Origin: the human T2T-CHM13v2.0 reference genome, Homo sapiens
Assembly: GCF_009914755.1 (NCBI RefSeq)
Contig: NC_060925.1
Length of the DNA stretch: 64,000 bases
Direction: 5' to 3' (one strand)
Part shown: positions 1 through 46,982 of the stretch, piece after piece
Layout: the number at the start of each line of letters is the position of its first letter
Numbering within the stretch: the first letter of the stretch is position 1
Position numbers and translations under genes: made by a program
Notes under the pieces: model-generated
What the model was told of the DNA's origin: nothing
The model's input: only the letters and a program-made list of their open reading frames with translations
Databases searched by the model: none

Positions 1-205
1 CTAGGCAACATAGTGAGCCCTCATCTCTACTGAAAATCAGAAAAATTATCCGGGTTTGGTGGTGTGAGCCTGTAGTCCCAGGAATCAGTGGATGAGGCCC
101 TAGGATGTCATAGGCCTGAGAATTCCATGCTGCAGTGAGCTGTGATTGTGCCACTGTACTCCAGCCTGGGTGAAAGAGTGAGATCCTGTGCAGAAACAAA
201 AGAAG
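1..205 (+). mobile_element. Alu (old, partial at window edge)
   Basis: gcagtgagctgtgattgtgccactgtactccagcctggg plus A-rich tail. Confidence 0.8.
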
Positions 206-699
206 AAAAAAAGAGATGTGAAAGCCTATATATTGAAGACTACCAAGTACTGCTTAGAGCAGTTAAAGACCTTTGGAATAGAAAATGTTTCTTCTTGCAT
301 TTCAAGATTGCTTTTGTTTTGGGGGGACACACTATTTTTTAGGAATATGAAGTTCTTGTTAGGCATTCCTGTAAAAAAGGCCACTTTTTGATAGGATTGT
401 ATTGAATCTGTGGGTTGCTTTGAGTTGTATTTTTATCTTAACCATGTTACAACTTCCAACCCATGGACACAAGATGTCTGTCCATTGATTTAGGTCTTCC
501 TGAATCTCCTCGAGCAATGTTCTGTAGTTGTCTGTGTACAAGTACTGCACCTTCTTGAACAAATTTATTCCCAGGCATATTATTCTTACCAGTGCTATTA
601 TAAATGAAATCATTGTGTCAATTTTCTTCTCAGATTGTTCATTGCTAACACAACTGATTGTTTGCTGAAAGTTTGCTGAATTCGCTTATTAACTCTAGT

Positions 700-709
700 A
701 GTGTGTGTA

Positions 710-741
<32 letters not shown>
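700..741. repeat. (TG)n microsatellite; others at ~4102-4140, 7925-7996, 12672-12755, 15808-15853 and 45394-45566
   Basis: Direct reading. Confidence 0.95.
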
Positions 742-742
<1 letters not shown>

Positions 743-1600
743 CTGGCCTCTGTGTGCATGTATGTGTGTTTGCATCTGTAGGTATTATTTGGGATTTTCT
801 ATGCATAGGATCACACCATCTGCAAATTGAGATCATTTTGTTTTCTGTTCAAAAACACTTTTTCTCATGTTTATTTTTAAAAGATAATTTGGCCAGGTGT
901 AGAATTGTAGGTGACAGTTTTTCTTTTTTTTAAGTTCTTTATTGCAAACTTCTTGTTTGTATGAGAAATCTTATGCCATCATTATATTTAGTGCTCTGTA
1001 TGTAACATGTTCTTTCCCTTTTTATTCCTTTTAGGATTTCCTTTTTATCACTGGTTTTGATGGATTTGATTAAGGCATTCCTTGGTGAAGTTTTCTTCAT
1101 GTTTCTTGTTCTTAGAATAATCATATTTCTGTAATATTTGAAGTTTATGGTTTCCATGGAGCTTCTAAATCTTTCATCCAGTATGTTTTAAATATCTTTG
1201 TCTCTCTTCTCCACTACACGCCCTTCAGGGATTCCATTTAGCCCTATACTGGGGGGTTTAAAGTTTTGATGCCGATGGTCTTTTTATGTTTTCAAGTCAT
1301 TTGTTACTGTGTGTTTCATTTATGTTAGTTTCAAATTCTATTCCTTCTAGTTCAATAATCTTCTCTTCTGCAATGTTTAATCCACTGCCTTCTTCCATTT
1401 CAGACTGTAAATCATACTTTTTATTTACAGAATTTGATATTTAAAAAATCTTCAACCTCCCTATTTAATTAAAATACAATTATACTAACTGCTCTAATGT
1501 CCTTTTCTTCTATTTCCAACATGTCTGTCAATTTCAACTAGATTATTAGATTCTTCATTATGTGTCATGTTTTCCTGCTTCTTTGGCTGCTTGATATTCT

Positions 1601-1858
1601 TTTATTTTTATTTATTTTTTTTGCGGGGGGATAGAGTTTTGCTCTCGTTGCCCAGGCTGGAGTGCAATGGTGTGATCTCAGCTCACTGCAACCTCCACCT
1701 CCCAGGTACACAAGCGATTCTCCTGTCTCAGCCTCCCAAGTAGCTCAGATTACAGGCATGCACCATCATGCCTGGCTAATTTTTTTGTATTTAGTAGAGA
1801 TGGGGTTTCACCATGTTAGTCAGGCTGGTCGTGAACTCCTGACCTCAGGTGATCCATC
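1601..1858 (-). mobile_element. 5'-truncated AluS
   Basis: 17-bp TSD tggctgcttgatattct at 1584-1600 and 1859-1875. Confidence 0.9.
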
Positions 1859-2565
1859 TGGCTGCTTGATATTCTAAGATTTGATGCTGGAACTTTGGTG
1901 TCAATGCTCAAAATGCCCAAAGACACCACTCAACCTCAGTGTCTATGCACACCCAAGCTTTTGCAGCAGGACAGGTAGAGCACAGATGAGTGTGCTACAA
2001 CATGCTGGTAGAGGGTACCCCCAATTGTGCTTGGGGATTTCCTATTCCTCATGCAAAAATGTGTCTTCCTTAATTTTTCCCATAAGAACCACCCTACTTC
2101 ATGCCCTGTCTCTCTGTCCAAACACCAGGACAGTCCTCTCACCAGTCTCAACCACCCAATGGATTGACAAAGGTGCAAATATGATTCAGTGGAGAAGGCA
2201 TTCTCTTGTCAACAAATTGTGTAGAAACAACTTTTTTTACACAATTTGTTTTTTTTATACCCAAAGGAAAAAAATTCACCTGAACCTCAATACTAACTCA
2301 AAAACTAACTCAAAATGGATTATGCAACTAAATATAAACTATAAAACTAGAAAAAGTATAGCAGAAAATATAAGACAAAATCTTCATGACACAGAGTTAG
2401 GCAAAGTGTTCTTTATTATCAATAAACACAAACCATTAAAGAAAACATTGATAAATTCGACTTTATAAAAATTAAAAGTTTTTGCTCAACAGTATTAAGA
2501 GAACAAATATAAGCTGCAGTTTGGGAGAAAAACAGTGGAAATCACCAATATGACAAAGGGCATGT

Positions 2566-2875
2566 GTGATAGTTACTTGTAGTTGTCACTGTGACCGAGC
2601 ACCAGGGTGCCAGGACATTTGGCCAAACATGATTCTGGTTGTGTTCCAGAGAGTCTTTCAGATACGATTAACATTGGGATGGGCAGACTAAGTGAAGCAG
2701 ATTGCCCTCCTTAATAGGGGTGGGCCTCATGCAATCAATCAAGGGCCAGGAGAGAATTAAGAGGCCTAATGGGAAACAAATGCTTTCCTGGATATCCAGC
2801 TTTCCTTCCATCTTGGGAATTTCAGCCTCCATAATCTCAGAAGCAAATTCATGCATATATATACACACACATACA
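2566..2875 (+). mobile_element. MLT2 (ERVL) LTR fragment
   Basis: tgtgatagtta...gcagactaagtgaagcagattgccctccttaataggggtgggcctcatgcaatc signature. Confidence 0.7.
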
Positions 2876-4254
2876 TTTCATAGGTATGTGGCTAAGATTG
2901 TATTTTTACAAGTTCAGCCATGAGATGATTGGTGAAGCCAGCCAATGAATAAGGGTGTGTTCTATTATACGATTCAGTCTTCTTTTGTAAACGATTGAAG
3001 TTCTGCATTTGAAGTAGGAGGATAGGAGGGAGCAAGTCCACCTAGGATGATAACAGCTGAATTTCTCAACTTACACTTCAGAGCCGTAGGGGTCAACTTA
3101 GAGACTCAAAAATCTCACCCATAATCCTGCCCTAAACACCAGGGCTAGGGAACACTGTGGCCCTCAGGTGATTTTCTTTAGCCAGGTCTGGGAGCCACAC
3201 GACGGCAGAGGGAGCAGGAAACACTATGCAAATAGAGGCCAGGACAGCAGGGAGGGCCTGTTCATGATAGAACCCAGGCAAAACTCTCCTCAGAAAGCGA
3301 GTGTGGAGAAACATAGATCATGCCTGAGACCTGGTGGATTAGAGCACTGGCTACTGGGGAATTGAAAGGAAGGGGCTTCACCGTGCAGAGGACCAGAGGT
3401 GCCCATCTTGGAAATGCAGAATTGCTGGGAGATGGGGAGGCACGGACCATGGAAGTATCCTCTGGAGACTCATGGTGAAGAGAACAAATGAATGAAGTAA
3501 CTGGCAGAAATTAGAGGTCCTGGTAGAACAAAATAGAATCCCACAATGAGAACATACACCATGTATGTCCCCCAAGGATGACAATATCTCCTAAAAGCTC
3601 CAGAAAAATCATTTTGGACAAGCACCTTATATCTAGTAATGTGATCCATGTATCGAGACCGTGAGAAAAGATTATTAAACATGCTAAACTCAGCGAGACC
3701 TGATTCCCTCATGAGGACTCTGTTAAGGATGAGTACCACTCAGCAAGTGATGACTGTGACATTCACTTTTGAATAGCTCATGAGCGTTAATATATTTCAT
3801 TATGGATCTAAACCACAATGGATAAAAACCAAGGTAGGGGCAGGATGATAATCACAGAATGTCACCGGTATATGTTTAGGTTCAAATACTATTATGAGAA
3901 GTGGCAGGTAAAGGAGGTAGGAAAAAGAAAACACATCATGTAATTGACTGTTGTATGGAAATATTTGATGCTGAAAGTTATAATTTAAAACTATAAACCA
4001 AATATTAGAAGTGTGTCTAGTTCAAAGGGAGGAAAACCATCAAAAACATTTTTAGTGCAATATTTAACATGAGCTATACAACCCTTCCTAAATGCCAAAG
4101 GCACACACAGACACACACACAGACACACACACACACACACTCACGAAGAATACAAATGACTAGAACCAAGAAATGTAAATACATTCTGCTACGTATGGTA
4201 AACATAGCCTACAATGTGGAAGAGATTAGAAAATAAACATGGAAATGAAATGTT

Positions 4255-4365
4255 TTTATTAATTCACATCAGTACCCACCAAAACCAATCAGCATAATCA
4301 AATATTATAACACTGAATGTAAAAAACAATCCAAAAGTCCAGAGTGATAGGCAAAAGGTTTTAAT
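4255..4365 (-). terminator. Tandem polyadenylation signals ATTAAA (4360-4365) and AATAAA (4255-4260)
   Basis: tttaat and tttatt on the + strand, with U/GU-rich sequence downstream on the - strand. Confidence 0.65.
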
Positions 4366-5862
4366 TGTATAGATTAAAATTAACTTTGGACAAAAATTAA
4401 AACTCAGGCAGAGAATGTTTTCTTCTTTTTGCAACAGCAGACACTAGTAAAAACAAAGGCACAGTAAAAATTGAGACCCAAAATTTGCAGCGTAGAGATA
4501 TGTATATAATAATAGACACAGGCAGGGAGGATTAATAAATGATAAAATGTTTAGAGGATGATCATTAGAATACAGGATATTTATACTCTTGAAAACCGCT
4601 TTCCCAAGTACTTCATTATAAGTAAGGTGTCTCTAAAAGGGACAGATCTCCTAGACCCCTCCTTAACCAAGTAACCAGTCCTGATATCATAATGGTGATG
4701 GACAAACTAGACCTTCTCTGCCCGCAGATGGGCTGAGGTTGGAAACTCACAGCATTGTCTCTGCAGTGTTCCCAGCAAAAAGTTTAGGCTGAATTTAATC
4801 ATGAAGACATTTTCAGACAACTTCAGAATGTAGATCATTGAGCCAGAGAGCTGACCTGTCCTCTATAAACAAGTCCATGTCACCACCATCAATGACAACA
4901 ACAAAAAGATGAGGAAATATTTGGGGTTCAAAATAACTAAAGAAATGCAGCTACATTATCTTTTTACTTTTTTTCAACCCAAAATATCTCTTCTCCTTTT
5001 TGTTGTGTGATTTGTGGTGATATGGACTATGTGAAGGAGACAGGTCAGTTGTCCTGCTCAGTGTTCTACATTCTGCAGTTGTCTGGTGATTACCTCCTAT
5101 GAAACTCAGGCTAAGCGTTTTCTGCAAGAACATGGCATTGCTCATATTCTGCACCGGCAGAGTCCTGGGTGACATGCTGTCTCCTGCCAGCGGCTCCTGA
5201 CTCCTGTTCTCTACAGGATGGAATTGAGAGGAGCAGGGCTAAGGCCTCCCAATGCTGTTTGTCCATCTAGCTGTGGTCTTCCTAAGTACTGACACCAATT
5301 GGAGGCTGAAGGACTGTGGCTTCTCTAACCAAAGGAGCCTAGTGGGTTAACAATTGTCAAGAGCAGTTGGTGGTTCTGAAATACAATCCTCAGCCAAGGA
5401 TCCCTCCTGTGTTACAGATGGATCAGCTAAAACAAGCCAACACTGAAGACACAAATAATGAGGTTAGGTTCATTGAAACCAGGGTAACACCTTTGGATGA
5501 ACTAAACACAAAGATGACACTGACCTTGAGTAGGTATAGAAGCTCAGAGACATGCCTGCAAAATGAAATCCCTGAGGAATTTTGTAGCTACCCAGAGATA
5601 CATGGTTCAAATTAAAATGTCCGGCTGATCACTCCCGGCATGTGCTGCACAGTTATGTGAACGTGTCACACCTAACGTGGGTCCATTGTCTTCAGACTGA
5701 GCACAGGTTGCCACTGGCATGCTCTGAGAATAGGAATAGAGCCATGCCCACTGACCCATCCTATGTCTGGGCTTCCAAATGGAACTATAGTTTCATTCAA
5801 ATCTTCAGGTGCCTATAGGTCCTGCCTGCAGGAATGAAACCTCTCGGCTTAGTAAGGGCTGC
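4345..5862 (-). other. 3'UTR of the NBPF gene (end approximate)
   Basis: Continues from the TAA to the ATTAAA at 4360-4365; may extend to the AATAAA at 4255-4260. Confidence 0.7.
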
Positions 5863-40287
<34,425 letters not shown>

Positions 40288-40424
40288 GCTGACGTTTGTG
40301 GCAGAAGAGGTGGAGTCAGGGACTGGGGAGAAGAAACCCAAACATATGATGGGTTAAAAACTGGTGAAATCAAATAGGTTTAATCAGGACTGAGGGATGT
40401 CAGTAACTGAAATTCTTAACTTAC

Positions 40425-40572
40425 TGTTGTGAAAAATGTGATCACTCCCCACAGCACTTTAGGATCCTTCACCACAAAAACAAGGTTCGAGGTGCCTCAA
40501 CTCAGAGCTGAAAGCACTGCTCAGACTCTGATAAGAGTGAGGTAGATTGTGGCCAGCGTGCCAGGTAACCGT
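40425..40572 (-). other. Candidate 5'UTR exon (148 nt)
   Basis: Acceptor tgcaactgcag|ACGG, donor AACA|gtaagt, 102-nt intron before the ATG exon. Confidence 0.6.
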
Positions 40573-40678
40573 CTGCAGTTGCAATAACAGAATTAGAAGG
40601 TAGGGGTGTCATGGAATCTTAGGAGCCCTGCATTCCAATTGCCCAGGCTTTGCTGAAACACAGGCACCCTAGTCTCAC

Positions 40679-40809
40679 CTGAGGGTCACCACCAATGGGG
40701 ATCATTCCTTCAGCATTCACTCTCAGTATTCGTGTACCCTTGTGACAATGCCACAGACCCGTGTCTTTCCCAATACATCTAAGCATATTCCTCACTGTTT
40801 ATCTCTTGT
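40679..40809 (-). other. Candidate 5'UTR exon (131 nt)
   Basis: Acceptor gttgtacag|ACAA, donor CTCAG|gtgaga. Confidence 0.45.
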
Positions 40810-40924
40810 CTGTACAACATCATCAAGGCAGAAACAGTTTCCCAACAGGTTATATTTTCTTAATGGTAGTCATGAAGTCATAAATAAAAAAATGGAATCA
40901 TTTAGTATGTTCTCTTGTTTTGAC

Positions 40925-41237
40925 TTTTTTTTTTTTTTTTTTTGAGACAGAGTCTCACTCTGTCGCCCAGGCTGGAGTGCAGTGACGCGATCTAGGCTCA
41001 CTGCAAGCTCTGCCTCCCAGGTTCACGCTATTCTCCTGCCTCAGACTCCCAAGTAGCTGGGAATACAGGCGCCCGCCACCACGCCCGGCTAATTTTTCAT
41101 TTTTTTTTTTTTGTATTTTTAGTAGAGACGGGGTTTCACTGTGTTAGCCAGGATGGTCTCGATCTCCTGACCTCGTGATCTGCCGCCTCGGCCTCCAAAA
41201 GTGCTGGGATTACAGGCGTGAGCCACCGCACACGGCC
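40925..41237 (-). mobile_element. AluY-like element
   Basis: Full-length and CpG-rich; ctgcaagctc and gttcacgc diagnostics. Confidence 0.9.
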
Positions 41238-42184
41238 GACTTCTCTTTACTCAGGTGGGAATATATGCCACTAATTTGTTTGATTGTGTTTTTCCCTTGT
41301 TTCATTTTGTTTTGGCCAAGTAATATCCTATTGATTGTATGATTATCACACAATTTGATATCCATTTTTCTGATGGGAGACAGGTTTACTTGATAACTAC
41401 TGTGCATAAGTAACTATGAATATTCTCATACAATTATTTCTGTGAAGATACATACTTATTTTCCTGGGTATCTATAGCTAGGGATGGAGTTGCTTGGTGA
41501 ATGGGTAGAAAATGTTGGACAGAGTTTTGCAAAGTATTTGTATTGTTTTACATTTCTATGAAAGATGTAGGCCATTTCCAGTTGCTCTACATTCCCACAC
41601 ACTTAATATTTTCAGTCTTTTAAACTATGCCAGGTGTGTAGTGATATCCTAAAATTTGGTTTTCTCATGCCTAATGTTCATTTAGATATCTTCTTATGGA
41701 AAATATCTTCTCAAATTTTTATATTCATTGATATACTGGGCTGTTTGTCAATTTCTTTGTAATAGGAGTTCTTTATATATTTTGAATGAGTCCATTTATA
41801 CATACATATTTTTTGCTGTATTATATAGCAAATAATTATTCCTGGTCTAGAGATAGCGTTTAAGTTGTTAAACAACAACATAATAAGGAGAAGCTTTTTA
41901 AAAATGAAGTGCAATTCGCTTGATTTCTTATTGTGGTGAGTGCTACAGTATCTAGTCTAAGAAATATTTTCCTGTGTCAAGTTCATGAAACTATTTCCTA
42001 TTTTTCCTTTACAAGGTTTCTAATTTTAACTTTCACATCTTAAGTTAATTTCAATATATGATGGAGAGTGGTTAATATTAACTGTTTAAAACAACAAATA
42101 TTATTTCACTCAAAATCGTTTTACTTAAAAGTCTTTCATTTCCCCAATGAAGGGCATTGGTGTCTTTGTTTTTAAAACATTTAG

Positions 42185-43419
42185 AAGCGGCGGTGCGAGC
42201 ATGTTCTCACTCATGGGTGGGAATTGAACAATGAGAACACTTGGACACAGGGCGGGGAACATCACACACCAGGGCCTGTCATGGGGTGAGGGCTGGGGGA
42301 GGGATAGCATTAGGATATATACCTAGTGTAAATGACGAGTTAATGGGTGCAGCAAACCAACATGGCACACGTGTGTATATGTATATAATATATATACACG
42401 TGTATATGTATTATTTATATATACACATGTATATATATATATACACACACATATATACATGTATACACGTATATATAAAATATATATACACACACGAATA
42501 TATATTATATACGTGTATATACATACGTGTATATATATGTGTATATACATAATATACAATATATATAACACGTGTATATATATATATATTATATTTTTTT
42601 TTTCTTTTTTAAGTGGCGGAGCGAGGGCTACTGCACAGCTAGCAGAGTCGTGGCGAGGAGGACAGCACCTGCATCGAGCTCTCCGCCTCCCCCACCTGCC
42701 AGCCCAGGCGGCCCCAGCAGCAGCGACCAGAGGAGCCCCTGCAGCAACGCAAAGGCCAGGTGGACACCTCCATCTACAGCCTCGTGGCGGACGGGACCTG
42801 TTAGGACACGGCCATTGTGGGCAACAAGGACCCACCTTCCATCTGTGCCACCGTCCCAGGGAAAACCTTCCTCAACATCACGCCAGCTGAGGTTGGTGCC
42901 CTGGTTGGCAAAGACTGGTCAAGCTTTGTCATGAATGGGCTGACACTGGGGGGCCAGAAATATACTGTGGTCCTGGACTCACTGCTGCAGGATGGGGAAT
43001 TGACCACGGATCTTTGTATGAAGAGCATCAGTGGAGCCCCCACCTTCAACGTCATTGTCACCATGACTGCCAAGACGCTAGGCCTGCTGATGGGCAAAGA
43101 AGGTATCCATGGCAATTTCATCAACAAGTAATGTTATGAAATGGCCTCCCACCTTCAGCGTTCCCAGTACTGACCTCCTTTGTTCCTTCCACTCCACCGC
43201 TCCCCACAGCTTTGCCCGCCTTTCCTTCACATACACACACCATTTTAATTTCAGGAGTCATTACCCCACACACCTTATTGCTGCCAAAACCACATGGGCT
43301 GGGGGCCAGGGATAGATGGACAGACACCTTCCCCCACCCATACCCCTCCTGTGTGTGGCTGGAAAACTTTTTTGTTTTGATGGATTTTTTATGAATAAAA
43401 AAGATTCTACTAAAAAAAA
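42185..43419 (+). pseudogene. PFN1P8: Profilin-1 processed pseudogene, antisense to NBPF, with an L1 fragment inserted in its 5' end
   Basis: Intronless PFN1-like sequence ([21 protein letters not shown]...[12 protein letters not shown]). ATG is changed to AAG at 42752, with a frameshift, TAG at 42802 and TAA at 43129; the native TGA is at 43171, AATAAA at 43394-43399, A-tail at 43412-43419. The pseudogene number is recalled from its position in NBPF12. Confidence 0.9.
42200..42610 (+). mobile_element. L1PA 3' fragment plus TA-rich simple repeat inserted in the PFN1 retrocopy
   Basis: catgttctcactcatgggtgggaattgaacaatgagaac...; 15-bp TSD (13/15 match) at 42185-42199 and 42611-42625. Confidence 0.85.
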
Positions 43420-44351
43420 TCAATAACTGTACATATGTGGGCATATTGTTTGAATCTGTATTCTTTTACTTTGATATATTTATGAATACTTACACCATTA
43501 CTACTGTTTTTAAATTACTGTAGCTTTAAAATCAGGTTTGAAATCTAGCAGAGCAAGTCCTCCAACTTATTGCTTCTTCAAGACCGACTTGCTTATTCTA
43601 GGTTCTTTGATTTTCAAATACATTTTGAAACTAGCTTTCAAATTTCTCTAAAATCTCCTACTAGAAATATTAATCAGAATTGTGTTGATGTAATATGCTA
43701 ACAAAATTGAGTCTTCCAATCAATGAACATGATATATATTTATTTAGCCTTCTTTAATTTTTCTCACCAATTGCTTTTAGGGGCCTCGTACCTGCTTCAT
43801 TGCATGTGTTGTTAAGCATGTAATGATTCTGGCTATTAATCTCTATTATGTTTTATTGAATTTCATTTTCTAGCTGCTAATTGCTAGTATGGAGAAATTA
43901 AGATGATGAAATCAACTTTATAAAGGCATAATTTCGGTACAACAGACTGCACCACTTTAAAATGTGTAATTCAATGCACGTTTACAAATGGATGCACTAA
44001 CGGAACTACTGCCACAACCAAGATAGAGGAAATTCCCTATGCCCCAAAGTTTCTTGTACCCCTTTGCAGTTCATCAGCCTTTCAACCCTCAGCCCCAAGG
44101 AGCCACTGTCACTTCAGGTCCGTTTGCATTTTTAACCATTTTCTACAAATGAAATGATACCTGTGTTCTTTTGTGTCTGCCTTCTTTCATGCATCAATGT
44201 AATTTTAAAATCCATCTGTAATGTCTTGTAAAGACTGAGTAGTATTCCTTCATGTGGCTATACCATGTATGTTTGTACTTTCACTTATTATTGGACATTT
44301 CTATCATTCCGCGTTTGGGCTATTATGAAGAAACTATCATGAGCATCCATA

Positions 44352-45013
44352 CGTAGCAGGCCAGGTCTCACTAACACAGGCCTCCCTAACAACTGTTTCA
44401 GTAGCGACTGAGTGGTTCAATTAAATATTAAGAGGAAAAAAAAAAAGAAGCCAGTGCCCTTATACAAAGGCTGGAATGTAACAAAAGCCCACCAAGAGTT
44501 TTGCCTAGGTTTTTCCTGGGCCTTAAAGCATGACGAAATAACGAAGGCATTCTTAACAGGAGCCATTTAGTATTAAACGAGTTTTACTGGGGGTCTGAAG
44601 AAACTCCCCAGGCCTCCACAAACAAGTTTATTGGAGATCTGAAGGGACTCTCCAAACCTCTGTGATTTAGCAGGAGACAAGATAAGGGCCCCCAGCACCT
44701 AGACCCACTTAGATTAAGTGAATTTAACTGAGGTTCCAGAGGAAGGTCTTTAGGACTCAGACTTAGTTATAGATTAAAAGAAGTTAATCACTTATGTATT
44801 TAGATGAATGCACACTTCCACATACACATATAGCTTAGAAGGTACATTAGCTCAGGAAAACTTTCCAATTTTGAGTTGGTCTGGTGATAATTTCCAGGCC
44901 GTTTCCCTGTAACCAGTTGCAGAAGTCAAAACTCTCTTCCTCCCCAGTTCATCTGTGTCTCGTTACTGAGCCACGAGAAATAGCAGCCCGCCCCTCAGGT
45001 TGGTCTGGAAACA
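44352..45013 (+). mobile_element. ERV1-class solo LTR (subfamily not determined) inserted in an old L1
   Basis: ~660-bp LTR-like block (degraded TG start, ends ggaaaca) interrupting otherwise continuous L1M sequence; possible 4-bp TSD. Confidence 0.7.
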
Positions 45014-45400
45014 CACATACAGATCATTGTGCAGACACAGTGTGTAAATTCCTAGGAATGGAATGACTGTCTATCTGATTTGTGTTATGTTTAACCTTTA
45101 AGAAACTGTTAGATTTTCAAAGGAGCAATACCATTTTTCATTCCTACAAGTATAAGACTTCCAAGTGCTTTATATCCTCACCAACATGTGCTATTTTCAG
45201 CCTTTTTAATTTTAGCCATTCTTATGGATATGTACTGGTATCTCATTGTTGCACTGATTGATCTCCCTGATGACTAAACAGTGGAGCATCTTTTCCTATG
45301 CTAATTGACCATTCATGTATCTTCTTTTCTGAAGTATCTATTCAAGTCTTTTGAGAAATTGTTTCATTGTGCTGTTTATCTTATCAGACTGCAATATATA

Positions 45401-45459
<59 letters not shown>

Positions 45460-45492
45460 CCTATTTGGAGATGATAATCTTCAAAACGGTGA

Positions 45493-45526
<34 letters not shown>

Positions 45527-45972
45527 GTTTGTGTGTGTGTGTGTGGGTGTGTATACATATATATATGTCCTAAGAATCAATTAGACATACATGTGAGTAT
45601 CTATTTCTGGATTCTCTCTTCTCTTCCACTGATATATATTCTATTTTTTTTTCAACAAAACACATAATCTTGATTTTCATAGCTGTATGTAGAGTAATTC
45701 TGGAAATAGGTAGTGAATTCATTCACCATTATTCTTTTATAATATTGCTATTTTATTATTCTTGATCATTGACATTACCATATAAATGGTAGAATCAGCT
45801 TGAAAATTTCTACCAAAATGCCGCTTGGAATTTTTATTAGAATTGCATTGGATCTGGAGATCAATTTACGAAGAACTGACTCTTTAAACATAACAACTCT
45901 TCTGATCCATGACAAGGTTTATCTCCCCACTAATTTAGTTCTTTCATAATTTCTCAAAGCAATTTTTTGTAG

Positions 45973-46316
<344 letters not shown>

Positions 46317-46918
46317 CTGTTGAATTTATTTATAAGCACAACATGTATTTAGATGTTACTTTAAATGAAATTGTATTCTTATTTCATTTTCCAAATGCTC
46401 ATTGCTAATATACAGAAATACAAAAGACCACTTACATTGAGAGCTTACATTCTGCAACACTACCAAACTCACTGATTAGTTCTGGTAGATTTTTGTAGAT
46501 TTCTAGCATTGTTAACAAACACAGTCATTATCTGTGAATAAAGACAGCTTCAATTCTTTCAATACTTTATTAATTTTTCTTACTTTATTGCATTGACTTA
46601 GAGCTCTAGTATAATGCTGAATTAAAAGAGTAACAACAGGTATTCTACTTTTTTCTCTGATTTAATAGAAAAGCATTCAATCTTATGCCATTTAATATAA
46701 TGTTACTTGTGGGTTCTTCAAATCTGCCCTTAATGGGGTTGGAAGTGTTGCCTTCTGTTCTCATCATGCTGAGCATTTTCTGGGGTTTGTTTTTATAAAT
46801 CATGAAAAAAGTTTTCAATTTTGCCAAATGCTTTTACTGTGTATGACAAGGTAATCATACGGTTTTTCTCTTTTGCCCTGATAATATATAAAATGATATT
46901 TTTTAAATATAAAAAAGA

Positions 46919-46982
46919 GGCCGGGCATGGTGGCTCACGCCTGTAATCCCAGCACTTTGGGAGGCTGAGGCGGGCGGATCAC
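46919..46982 (+). mobile_element. Alu 5' fragment, abruptly truncated
   Basis: ggccgggcatggtggctcacgcctgtaatcccagcactttgggaggctgaggcgggcggatcac followed by non-Alu sequence. Confidence 0.9.

Larger units (their letters stand above)
205..2560. mobile_element. Old L1M fragments of mixed orientation, interrupted by an Alu and (TG)n
   Basis: Degenerate ORF2-like motifs (gataggattgtattgaatctg; ctcaaaatggatt...ctaaatataa). Confidence 0.55.

Noticed and set aside
1881-2468. 195-aa + strand ORF
   Set aside because: The distal half is degenerate L1 ORF2 sequence; no splice or promoter support and no recognisable domain
42817-43131. 104-aa profilin-like ORF as a coding retrogene
   Set aside because: Begins at a non-ATG codon; native ATG lost, upstream frameshift and TAG, and a premature TAA removes the C-terminal helix
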